Below, piece after piece: positions 1 to 10,400 of a stretch of DNA of 64,000 nt. The position numbers were made by a program, and so were the translations under genes. A model generated the notes under the pieces. The model was given only the letters and a program-made list of their open reading frames with translations. It had not been told where the DNA came from and searched no databases. This stretch comes from Myxococcales bacterium (GTDB lineage Bacteria; Myxococcota_A; Polyangia; Polyangiales; DASUME01). The first letter of the stretch is position 1. Every line of letters begins with the position of its first letter. Location: the NCBI GenBank assembly GCA_047601445.1, contig JASGJH010000001.1:32001-96000 (forward strand), written 5' to 3'.

Positions 1-203
1 GATCGCCGTCGCAAATGGGCAATGCCCTCGGTCTTTCCGCGGCGGAAGTTGCCGCCCTTCCCGCCGCGGAACTCAAGTCTCGCTTAGCTCAGATCGAAGC
101 CGAGTTCCGCGCCGCTGCTGCGCACCTGGTCATCGACTCTGTCGCCAATCTCCCCGCACACTGGGCTGATATTGAACGCTTAGTAACCGCTGCGTCAAAA
201 TAG
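1..203 (+). CDS. phnX: Phosphonoacetaldehyde hydrolase (phosphonatase, HAD family), C-terminal part
   Basis: GNALGLSAAEVAALP...AAAHLVIDSVANLP resembles the PhnX C-terminus (GNExGLS...GAHYVIDTIADLP). The gene runs off the window start. Confidence 0.7.
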   Translation, partial: SPSQMGNALGLSAAEVAALPAAELKSRLAQIEAEFRAAAAHLVIDSVANLPAHWADIERLVTAASK

Positions 204-230
204 CGCAGCAGTTTGAAGAAAATGAGAAGC

Positions 231-1616
231 CTACTTCTTCCCTGCCTTTCTTTTTGTTGTTCTTCGCCTTGCCGGCCGGAGCATCGGGTGCGCTCGGCTC
301 GGCTTGCTCGGCGTTCCACGCACCATAGACGGCCAGCAGTTGCTTGACCTTCTCGGGCTGGTGCTGGCCAAATCCTTCGTCTCATTCCGATCGGTAACCA
401 GGTCGTATAGTTCCGGCTGCTCGCTGCCGCCATGAGAAACGACGAGCTTCCAGATCCCCCTGTCGCACGGCCCACTGCGGCCGAACCGCCAGTAAATCGT
501 CTCGTGCGGGCGAGCCTTGTTGCTGCCAGTAACGTAGGGCGTCAGATCAACGCCGTCGAGTTTCCACGACGGATTCGATCTTACCTCCAGCCGGCGGCTC
601 ACAATCGTCGGCGATCACATCGAGATTCATCACCGGGTAGCTCATAACTTTTGCCCGCTCGGAAACGTTGCCTTTCCACTGAGCACAAAGAACGGGCACG
701 CGAGGCCCTCCTTCGATACGTCGTCATTTTGAAACCGCGAAGGCCGCCGTTCTCCGAAGTTGTGCTGTTGCGTCGGCCCGCCGTTGTCGCCGATAAAGAT
801 AGATGATCGTGTTATCTTCTTGCTCGTGTTCGCGAATTTTAGTCGATCACTCGTCCAATCGGCATCGTCCATGCCCGACATCATCGCGGCGAAGCACTTG
901 CGTTTCTCTTCGGTGATGTTCGGAAACCGATCAAGATATTTTTTAGGAGCTTGCAGCGGGGCGTGCTGAGCGTTAAACGGCAGGTACAAGAACCATGGCT
1001 TTTCATGGTTCTTATCGAGCCAATCGACGGCCCGCTCGGCGTAGGCGTCGGTCGTGTAGAAGATTCGTCATCGTCAATCTTTTGACATCGTCCGGAGATT
1101 TGCGAATCGATAAATTTCGTCGGATGATAGAAAGGCGTGTTGGCGAGCGTGCCAAAGAACTCGTCGAAGCCGCGGCTGCGTCGGGCTGGTATTTCTCCGC
1201 GGACTGCCCGAGATGCCACTTGCCGATGCAGGCCGTGGCATAACCGAGCGACTTGAGCCGCGTCGGCTAGCGTCGTTTCATCGAGCGACAAGCCCGCTGT
1301 GTTGGGCGACGGCGTTGAACTCATGACCGAAACGAGTCGGATAGCGACCGGTCATCAACCCGGCCCGCGATGGACTGCAGTAAGTCGCAGCGACATAGCC
1401 TTGCGTGAAACGCACTCCGTTGGTAGCCATCGAGTCGATATTCGGCGTCGGAATATCCTTGTTCCCCTGGCACCCCGTCTCCCCCCAACCTAGATCGTCG
1501 GCATAAAAAATGATCAAGTTCGGCTTATCCGCCGCAACGGTTGCTGCTTGCCAACCGAGCGAACCCATCACAGCCAAAACTAAACTCACGCCCAAAATCA
1601 CACGAACCGATCGCAT
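231..1616 (-). CDS. Sulfatase (arylsulfatase family), secreted; split by apparent indels
   Basis: Signal peptide, KPNLIIFYADDLGWG, CSPSR formylglycine motif, RGFDEFFG, YLPFNAQHAP, FIGDNGG, LDGVDL and PELYDL, spread over ORFs 1278-1616, 881-1324, 642-989 and 231-602. The 3' end is approximate. Confidence 0.9.
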
Positions 1617-1807
1617 CGTCAGAGACTCCTACGAAAGAGACAGAAGGGAGAGGTACAAACAATGCTCAGACCAGCAGCATTCGGCAGCCGTCAGAAAGAA
1701 ACCCGACCGACGGCTGGAGTGTCTGATGCCTGACAGCAGCCAATTATTGGCTTGACAAGTCAATTTCCCAAAACAATTCACCGATTTCCCGGCCAACTGC
1801 AGCCGGA

Positions 1808-1838
1808 TTGCCGAAAAAAAATCTGATCTGCTTAGAAT
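1808..1838 (+). promoter_or_regulatory. Sigma70-like promoter upstream of the tRNA-Leu fragment
   Basis: TTGCCG (1808-1813) and TAGAAT (1833-1838). The 19-nt spacer contains an A8 homopolymer that is prone to length error. Confidence 0.4.
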
Positions 1839-1866
1839 GACCGCTGGTTGATTTGGAAGCTCGACT

Positions 1867-1918
1867 GCGCGAGTGGCAGAATTGGCAGACACGTCCAGAC
1901 TTAAAATATAGTGCGAAG
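1867..1918 (+). pseudogene. Degenerate 5' portion of tRNA-Leu (probable att-site remnant)
   Basis: GCGCGAGTGGCAGAATTGGCAGACACGTCCAGACTTA aligns with the 5' half of the tRNA at 31158 (2 substitutions, 1 insertion). No T-arm or 3' acceptor strand follows. Confidence 0.75.
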
Positions 1919-2580
1919 CCCTAAATCCCGGCCTTGAGTGCTAACGGTGGCATTCGGCATCTGAACCAGCAAATGAAAAACATGACTACGCCCATTGAAC
2001 TTCAAATCAATCAACGTGGGACGTAATTACGCGCTAACTGTTCTTATGCCGTAAAAAATGCCGGTTACGGGACTCGAACTAGAGGCATGTTTGTCCAAAA
2101 TCTCCGCTGCCGCCGACTTCCGTTGTGACGACACCTCTATGGCAGCGAATGGGCAGCACTGCAGGGGCCGTGAATGTCATTCTTTGACTACCAGTGAAGC
2201 TCGATTGCAAGAGTTCGTACAAGTCTGGCATGCCTACCCAAAACGAAAAACAAACGATCGAGTCCCTTTGTCGGCAAGTCGAGTACTGATCGTAACTGCA
2301 CCGAAAACCTGTATGAGATCAGGCCGCACGTTGCTGACCATCGGCGGTGGTATCGAGTGCCGGTTGTTGTCAATTGACGCCAAGGTGCGCAATGAATTCG
2401 CAGCGCGAGTGTAGCGAGTTTGTAGGCCGTCATACAGACAGTGTTTTGCCTCCTGAGTTTAGGAATTCGATGGAGTGGGTGGGTAATCCGGCAGTTGCAA
2501 CTGCTCTACGACGATCTCAAAAGCTGACAATCGTCTTCTTCGGGGCCACAGGATTCGATTAGCAGTGAGCCGGCACTGGC

Positions 2581-3291
2581 ATGTCGCATGCCGCCAAACT
2601 ACGATTCACGCCAATCTCGCCTTTTGTGAAATCTGGTTCTCTGTCAGGCGGCAGCATGTCGGACACCAGCCCTACTTCGCCAACGTTCGATCACAGGACC
2701 ACACGCCGGTTTGCTGTCCGCCTTCAATTGCTGCAGACACTCCCCCCGGGAGGCATCGTTGCCGAAGTGAGGGTCTTCAAAGGACGATTCTCGCGCCGCA
2801 TCTTAGATTTAGATATTGTTGGTCCACAGCGTTTGCACTTGATCGATCCGTGGGTCCATCAAGAGTTACCTTTGTGGAAAGAGCGCAACGACGAAAACCA
2901 TCTGGATTTCCTAATAGAGGTCCAGGGCTCCTTGCAACTGAAAATTGCCAGCCGCCGGGTGATCGTTCATCAGGGATTCTCGCTCGATGTGCTGGAGTTA
3001 TTTCCCGATCACTGCTTCGACTGGGTCTATTTGGATGGCGACCATCGTTACGAAAAGGTGCGAGCCGAACAAACGCTTTGCGATCGGAAAGTTAAACTCA
3101 ATGGATTGATTCTCGGGCACGATTACATCAAACCCGAACTCTACCCTCCCTCTCACCATGCTCGCTTGGGAGTTGTGTTCACGGTGCGTGATTTCTGCAC
3201 CCTGGGAACTTGGAAATTTGTCCTGCAAACTCCCCGCGGCAGCAAGCAGTGCCCTACTTTTGTCTTGCGACGCCGCTCTTTGGAGTTCTGA
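2581..3291 (+). CDS. Class I SAM-dependent methyltransferase (Methyltransf_24-like)
   Basis: GIVAEV(G)VFKG, LHLIDPW, FDWVYLDGDHRYE and GLILGHDY motifs. The start may be 2656. Confidence 0.8.
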   Translation: MSHAAKLRFTPISPFVKSGSLSGGSMSDTSPTSPTFDHRTTRRFAVRLQLLQTLPPGGIVAEVRVFKGRFSRRILDLDIVGPQRLHLIDPWVHQELPLWKERNDENHLDFLIEVQGSLQLKIASRRVIVHQGFSLDVLELFPDHCFDWVYLDGDHRYEKVRAEQTLCDRKVKLNGLILGHDYIKPELYPPSHHARLGVVFTVRDFCTLGTWKFVLQTPRGSKQCPTFVLRRRSLEF

Positions 3292-3292
3292 C

Positions 3293-3930
3293 ATGCCTAG
3301 CAATTTACTCGCCGGACGGTTGGCGAAGCTTCAATTCGATGTGACTGCCCTGGGGCAGTACAACGAGGAAATCGTAGCGCCCACACCCGCCACACCGTAT
3401 CACAACAATGACGCCGCCTATGAAGATTGGTCCCTTACGAGTCGGGATGGCAACGCTCAGCGACGGCGTGCAGCGAATCAAACTTTACAAGGATCGAACT
3501 GCGCGTGACAAAAGACGGGGAATCTTCCCTACGCCACTCTGCCAAGGTCATGCGACTGAGGTTCTGGAGCAGTTGGCAAGGGAGAGACTGAAACCACATC
3601 GGATCTGGGTGATGCGGCTCACCCACGAAGGATTTGCCATGAAGTGGCACCGGGACGCAGATGTCAAATCATGGCGCTTGCATATTCCGATCATCACGAA
3701 CCTGAGCAGTTTCTATGAGTGGAAGTTGGCAGATGAATCGGTCTAGCGGGTCGATCTACCAGCTGACGGCTCGGCATGGCTTGTGCGGGACGATGAGCTA
3801 CACCGAGCAGTCATCAGAATCCGGCAGGAGGTTTCGTGTTCACTTGATGATGAGCTTAAGCGGCATTCCATCGCGGGAGTTGTTTACAGAGCCTGTCTTG
3901 AGCCTCACGCCGCAAGGTGTAGCCGGCTAA
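3293..3930 (+). CDS. 2OG-Fe(II) oxygenase, aspartyl/asparaginyl beta-hydroxylase-like; split by indels and a stop
   Basis: WSLTS motif, MKWHRD (HxD), WRLHIPIITN, then LPADGSAWLVRDDELHRAV and RVHLMM across several frames. Confidence 0.65.
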
Positions 3931-3985
3931 AACTCAGCCAGGATGTTTGCCTCTCGAACGAGCTTATCTTGTTGAGAACAACGGT

Positions 3986-5656
3986 ATGTCCGTGAAGCAA
4001 GTTGACTGGAAGGCTGCGGAGCTGGCTGAACTGGGACGATTGGTCCGAGCGCTCGTGCAAGACAGTTCGCGTGGGCCAAATACATTAACTCGACAATCCA
4101 TCGCATCACCTGGTGCAGTTTCTATCGAATGGCGACATTCGGGGCGGTTCCTGGGAACTGCTTGGTTGGTCGCGCCGTCCCAGTTGTCCGCCCTGGCACA
4201 AATCATCGACAGAGCCAGGCCGTCGCTCCAAGCTGCCAACGAGCTATTGCTCTGCCTGGCATACACCCCCCGTACGGTGGCGCTGGGTGATGATCATGAC
4301 TGGCAACAGCTAACAGCCAATCTGCGCCGCGGGTTGGAAGCCTACGAATTAGAGATGTCTGGCCAACCGCAGACAGTCAAATTTGTTAACCCCTTCGCGA
4401 TCGTGGCTCAGAATCGACCGATTGAACGCCAGTTGCTGCACTACGCTCAGCAGTATGGATTTACGCTCCCGCAAGCCAGAGCAGGACAACTCATGGTCCG
4501 AGTTTACGATACACAGCAATTCTTCATCGATCTGTATCGCTCCAAAGCAGCGGCCGTGCCGCTCTATCGCACGCAAGAGATTGTTCCGCTCTCGACGATT
4601 AATCGCTCCCAGATTGAACGATTGAGAAATCTGTGGGGCGAATATTTGATAAGGAGCGTGCAAGCCGACGGGCGGATGAGCTATCTCTTTTATCCGAGCC
4701 GCGGCACAGAGGATTTGCAACGCAATAATGCTATCCGACAATGGATGGCTACCAGGGCTTTGATTGCCTGGTGGCGGGAAACCCAATCCGAACAAGTGCT
4801 GGTCATATTGCGACGGAACCTCGATTACAATCTCCGGGCCATGTACCGCGAAGAGGGAAACCTGGGGCTCATTCGCGACGGAGAGAAAATCAAGCTGGCG
4901 CAATCGTCCTAGCGGCGCTGGCGCTCCTGGAAGCACCGATCCCTGAGCAATATGCCGTTCAGCAACAGCGGCTCCTAGCCACAGTCGATACTTTGTGGCG
5001 ACCGGACGGCCAATTCAAAACTTTTTATCGCCCCGTGGACCGCAACGATTGCCAAAACTTCTATCCAGGCGAAGTGCTTCTGCTCTGGTCCAATCTGTTA
5101 ACTCGGAAAATGGATCCCTCGCTCCTGGCCCGCTTCAATCAATCGGTTGACTACTATCAACGTTGGCACCTGGCGAATCGCAATCCGGCCTTTGTCCCTT
5201 GGCACACGCAAGCCTATGCCAACGTATGGAAGCTGACCGGCGATCCGCGGCTGCGCGATGCAGTGTTCACCATGAACGATTGGTTGCTCAGCGTGCAGCA
5301 GTGGCATACAGCCCCTTGTCCTGATTGCCGGGGCAGATTTTATGATCCTCATCATCCTTTTGGGCCGCCCCATGCCTCGTCAACGGCCGTCTATTTAGAA
5401 GGACTCGTAGAGGGCCTCGCCTTGGCCCAATCGTGCGGAGAGTCCGCACGTGCAAAGCGCTATCGCACGGCAATTATGCGTGGCATTCGCAGCCTAGCCC
5501 AACTGACTTTCGCAACGGCTCAGCGACATGTACTACATCAGTCGGCGTAACCGATTGCGGGGAGGCATTCGCACGACTGAGTACAACAACGTGGTGCGGA
5601 TCGACAACGTGCAACATGCGTTCATGGCGCTGCAGCGTATTCTGAAGTTGATTTGA
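3986..5656 (+). CDS. Hypothetical protein with a C-terminal (alpha/alpha)-barrel (six-hairpin glycosidase/AMMECR1-associated type); frameshifted
   Basis: ORFs 3947-4912 and 4741-5550 plus a tail GGIRTTEYNNVVRIDNVQHAFMAL. QNFYPGE and VPWHTQA motifs. Function uncertain. Confidence 0.5.
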
Positions 5657-5688
5657 GTAGGAGCAGTGACCGCAATCCCTCATCTACG

Positions 5689-6420
5689 TCAAGCGCTCTG
5701 GATATCGCATGAATTGGGCAACTCCGGCTGCTGTTGCGATGACCAACAGACACCGGAGGCGTTACCGTCTGCATAGAAATGCAGAACTGCGTGAAGTTGG
5801 CCTCGATTAAGGGTGGCAATCGTGTCGTGCAAACGACGTTTGGGCATCTCTTCAGACAGCGGATTCTCGATGCGGCTTGGCCAGTCCTCCCTCTGGAAAG
5901 TGGTCAGGATCAATTCTTGGTTGGGAGCTGGATGCTTGTATTCCTTGACGAGCAGACTTCCCCAAAGCAAGTGACGCAGTTCGTGGTTCCAAAACGGCTT
6001 GGAAGACGATAAGAATTCACCTTTTGCCTGCGGCCGGCGTTTCGTAGCGGAGATTCTGAGCGAAGCCGAAGTTGAGACATTGGGTTGGGTTGAAATGCCA
6101 GCCAAGTCGAGTAGCAAGACCGCCCGGCGACCCAAGTCGGTGAGCACGAAGCAGGTATGGGGCTCAAAGGTCAAACTTCCCGTGGGTTGGAATAGTCGAT
6201 TATCAGACAGGGAGCCGTGAATCTCGGTTTGGTGTTCCAACAGTCCTTGGCAGATGAGCCAGCGGAAGTCCGTCAAGGTCAATCCCACATTACGCAGTTC
6301 GCCGATTTCGACGGCGAAATCCCAGCGGCTTCGGTCCACCGCCTCGGCGACCAAGGCGGCTTTCAACAACAGTTCTGCAGACGACGTGAATTCGGCAGGC
6401 CAGCGAGGAGAGGATCGCAT
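5689..6420 (-). CDS. Planctomycete-type hypothetical DNA-binding regulator (C-terminal winged-helix-like domain)
   Basis: Intact 243-aa ORF. The C-terminal PFWNHELRHLLWG...NQELILTTF...LHDTIATLNR resembles OmpR-type wHTH output domains. Divergent from the giant toxin gene. Confidence 0.55.
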   Translation of the reverse strand: MRSSPRWPAEFTSSAELLLKAALVAEAVDRSRWDFAVEIGELRNVGLTLTDFRWLICQGLLEHQTEIHGSLSDNRLFQPTGSLTFEPHTCFVLTDLGRRAVLLLDLAGISTQPNVSTSASLRISATKRRPQAKGEFLSSSKPFWNHELRHLLWGSLLVKEYKHPAPNQELILTTFQREDWPSRIENPLSEEMPKRRLHDTIATLNRGQLHAVLHFYADGNASGVCWSSQQQPELPNSCDIQSA

Positions 6421-6728
6421 GGTTGCTCCTTAGGAAAGCAGTTGCTTGGCACCGGCAAGTTGCAAACGAACCTGCTCCGGCCCCCTGCAAACCACTCCAA
6501 AAGCCCCCATTGCAAAACAGAGTGAAAAGAGGGCGCGAAATCCGCCCATTCGGAGCCATTTTTTGCAAAATTTTTTCCCGGCGGATCGCAAGGATATTAC
6601 CACCCTCGGCCGAATCAGCCATATCTTATTATGCTGCAATAACTTACAGCACACCAAAAAAAGTTGATTACGTGGCAAGAATCAATCCAGGCCGAAAAAA
6701 TTTTGCAAATTTTTCCCTCCTCAATCAC

Positions 6729-7065
6729 GTGAACAACTAGTGTACGCCGTTATCTTTCTCAGTGAACATGACAGTGTACAACAGACATTGCTTCGTGTGG
6801 ACAACCGATCACACGAAGCGTGACACATGTGTACAACCGGTGTACAGAGATGGTTTTCTAGTGAACAACTACTGCACAAACAACGGTTATTGGCTCCAAT
6901 TTTAGTGTACAAGACCAAGATCCGACGTCTTCACGAAGGATTTTTTAGTGAACAAACTCAGTGAACATCGAGTTTGCTTCGTGTGAACAAAGTAGTGAAC
7001 GTCGTAATATCACTAGTGAACAACACGTGTACAGCAGGCAACTCGACAGTGAACAAATAGTGTTC
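6729..7065 (+). repeat. Helically phased array of ~17 GTG(A/T)AC(A) direct repeats
   Basis: Motif starts at 6729, 6740, 6762, 6774, 6797, 6829, 6840, 6861, (6872), 6905, 6948, 6961, 6983, 6995, 7016, 7027, 7049 and (7060). Confidence 0.8.
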
Positions 7066-7416
7066 ATTTGAACCAATACGAAGGACGTACGACACGCCCA
7101 CGAAGGTTGCTTGACAACTTGTAGCCGTGCATTACAAATTTCCCCCGCGGTGTGGCGCGGCGGGCGTTTTCTCACTCACCAACGTTTCACCGGGGGGTAA
7201 TCGCACCTCTCCTGTGGGATGCAGGAACGTAGCGAATCATCCCCACCATCCGGTAGTGATTGTTCGCGATTGCATCTGCTAGTCCTTTCGGTTGCCTGAC
7301 AGAGTCTCGGCGGTCGATCCGAGGCTCAACTCGGATTCCTTCTTCATCAATTTGCAGAAAAGACCGGCCTTGCCGGTGGCGCCTGAACTGCGCGCTATCC
7401 TCACCAGGAGTTTTGC

Positions 7417-10400
7417 ATGAACTGGCTCAACTGGCTCTCTCACAGCTCTCGCCAACGAGTTCAAGCCCAACAAGCAGTCGAACGGAAACGCCGTCGCCGG
7501 TTGTTTTTGGAACGGTTGGAAATCCGAGCCATGATGACAATCGGCGATACACCTGCGTGGGGGAGCGTCGTCGATACGCACTCGTTGGGATCGACTATCA
7601 GGGGCGGCGACGACGACATGGAGTTGGCTTCTGCAACAATTCACACTTCACCCAACGCATATGGGTCTATCCAGTTCTTCGATGATCTTCAAGGAGAGGG
7701 CGAAGGAGACGGAGATGGAGATGGAGACGGAGATGGAGACGGAGACGGAGACGGAGATGGAGACGGAGATGGAGACGGAGATGGAGACGGAGATGGAGAC
7801 GGAGATGGAGACGGAGATGGAGACGGAGATGGAGACGGAGATGGAGACGGAGATGGAGACGGAGATGGAGACGGAGACGGAGATGGAGACGGAGACGGAG
7901 ATGGAGACGGAGATGGAGACGGAGATGGAGACGGAGATGGAGACGGAGATGGAGATGGAGACGGAGATGGAGATGGAGATGGAGATGGAGATGGAGACGG
8001 AGATGGAGACGGAGATGGAGACGGAGATGGAGACGGAGATGGAGACGGAGATGGAGACGGAGATGGAGACGGAGACGGAGATGGAGACGGAGATGGAGAC
8101 GGAGATGGAGACGGAGATGGAGATGGAGACGGAGACGGAGATGGAGACGGAGACGGAGATGGAGACGGAGATGGAGACGGAGATGGAGACGGAGATGGAG
8201 ACGGAGATGGAGATGGAGACGGAGATGGAGACGGAGATGGAGATGGTGGCGGTGGCGATCCTCCACCGATCACGCTTAGCATTGGCGATGCCGTGGCTAA
8301 CGAGAGCGACGGAACCATGTCCTTTACGGTGCGGCTATCGGCGGCAAGTACGGAGGTGGTCACCGTCCATTACGCCTCACAGAATTTCACAGCGGCGGAG
8401 ACCGCAGATTACGAAGCGGTCAGCGGCACACTAACATTCCAGCCTGGCGACTTGGAGCAAACCATCACGGTTTCTCTTACCGATGACAACATTGCCGAGA
8501 GCGACGAATTGTTTGCAGTAGTCCTTTCTGACTCCACTCAGGTCGGAATCGACGTGGGCGTTGGCACTGGCATCATTCAGGACGATGACTTGCCTACGGT
8601 CAGCATTACGGATTCGCTGGCAAACGAAGCCAATGGCTCCATGACGTTTGTGGTTACGCTCTCTACGGCTCGGGCGACCCCCGTATCAGTGCATTTTTCC
8701 ACAGCCGCTCAAACAGCCACTGCTGGCTTGGACTATACGACGACGACGGGAATCGTAACCTTCGCCCCCGGCGTCACTCACCAGGAGATCAACGTTCTCC
8801 TCGCCGATGACGTTTGGGACGAAGACAATGAAACTATTTCGTTGACGCTCAGTGCGCCGTCTGGCGCCACGATCGACAATGGCGCGGCTCTCGGAACGAT
8901 CGTGGACGACGACGAAATGCCGACGCTGGCGGTCAGCGATGTTCAGGTTCGTGAATCGGCGGAAGCGGCCGTGTTTACGCTGACGTTGTCGGCGGCTGAG
9001 CGAACGAACCGTCTCGGTAAGCTATGCCACAGCGGACGGAACGGCAGTCGCAGGAGCGGATTACTCGGCGACGAGCGGCACGTTGCTTTTCTCTCCGGGG
9101 GATACCGTGCATTCGATCACGGTTCCGATTACAAACGACGCGGATATTGAAGCAGTCGAAACCTTCTTGCTTGCGATCTCCGTTACCAATGGCTTGCTCG
9201 CAGGCACCACCACGCGCACCGTAAGCGGCACGATCTTGGACAATGACTCTCCCCCCAGCATTTCGGTGGGCAATGTCGAAGTCAACGAAAATGACGGCAC
9301 GGCGCACTTCCACGTCACGCTATCGCAAGACTTCGACCAGACAGTTACGGTGGACTTTGCAACCGCCAACGGCACGGCGTGAGCTGGCTCAGATTATACA
9401 ACGACCAGCGGCGCCTGAGCTTCACGTCTGGGGTGCGCGAGCTAGAAGTCACAGTACCACTGCTCAACGACGCGCTCGACGAACCCGCGGAAACTTTCAC
9501 GCTTCAACTGACCAATGCGGTTCACGCCACCATCAGCACGAGTACGGCCACGGGGATGATTCGGGCCAGCGACCCGACGCCGGCCATTGTGGTGAGCGAC
9601 GTCACGGTTCTCGAATCCAGTTCGGCAGTCGTCTTTACGGTGACCTTGACCAACGCCAGCGAGACAGAAGTGACGGTTGCCTACACAACCGTGGATGGCT
9701 CGGCAGTGGCAGGAAGTGATTACACGGCGACGAGCGGCACGTTGACTTTTTCAGCCGGTTCCCTAAGCCGGACGATTTCGGTTCCGTTGTTGAACGATAC
9801 CATTGAGGAATTGGATGAAGCATTTTCGTTGAATCTAGCCAATCCCACCGGCGCGACGATTGCCGATGGCCAAGCAACCGCGACGATTCACGACAACGAT
9901 TCCCCCACGATTAGCGTCAGCGATGTGTCGGCCAACGAGGGGAATGCGCTCGTTTTTACGATCAACCTCAGCAACGTCAGCACGCAGTCGATCACGTTGC
10001 TGTATAGTACAGTCAATGGCACGGCAACGGCCGGCGCGGATTACACGGCGATCGGCGTTTCCTCGGTGACATTTGCTCCTGGCGAAACGTCAAAGCAAAT
10101 TACCATCGCAACTTCCCAGGATGCACTCAACGAAGACGGCGAAACCGTCAAGCTCAATCTGTCGCTCGTTGCCAATGCCACCCATCCTATTTTAGGCAAT
10201 TCTCTGGCGATTGGCACGATTCTCGACGACGATCCGCTTCCCTCGCTTTCGATTGCCGGTGCATCAGCAACGGAATCTCAAGGCAAGGTCCGCTTTACGG
10301 TTCAGTTGAGTGCGGTCAGCGGTAAAAGTGTCTCCGTGCATTATGCGACGACCAGCGACTCGGGAGCCAGTCCCGCGACGGTGTCCGTCGATTATCAAGG

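Noticed and set aside
1867..2560. Group I intron-containing tRNA-Leu(UAA)
   Set aside because: The fragment reads ...GACTTAAAA, but no conserved group I core or 3' exon was found downstream.
6729..7065. Chromosomal oriC (DnaA-box cluster) or a second CRISPR/TIGR-like array
   Set aside because: Only one box is a good DnaA consensus and there is no dnaA/dnaN context. There is also no constant-length repeat-spacer unit or associated effector. Kept only as a phased binding-site array.
7661..8434. Poly-ETEM, poly-HLR and poly-SP ORFs
   Set aside because: They are alternative frames of the GGAGAY tract. Only the GD frame is continuous with the signal peptide and Calx-beta domains and makes the variation synonymous.
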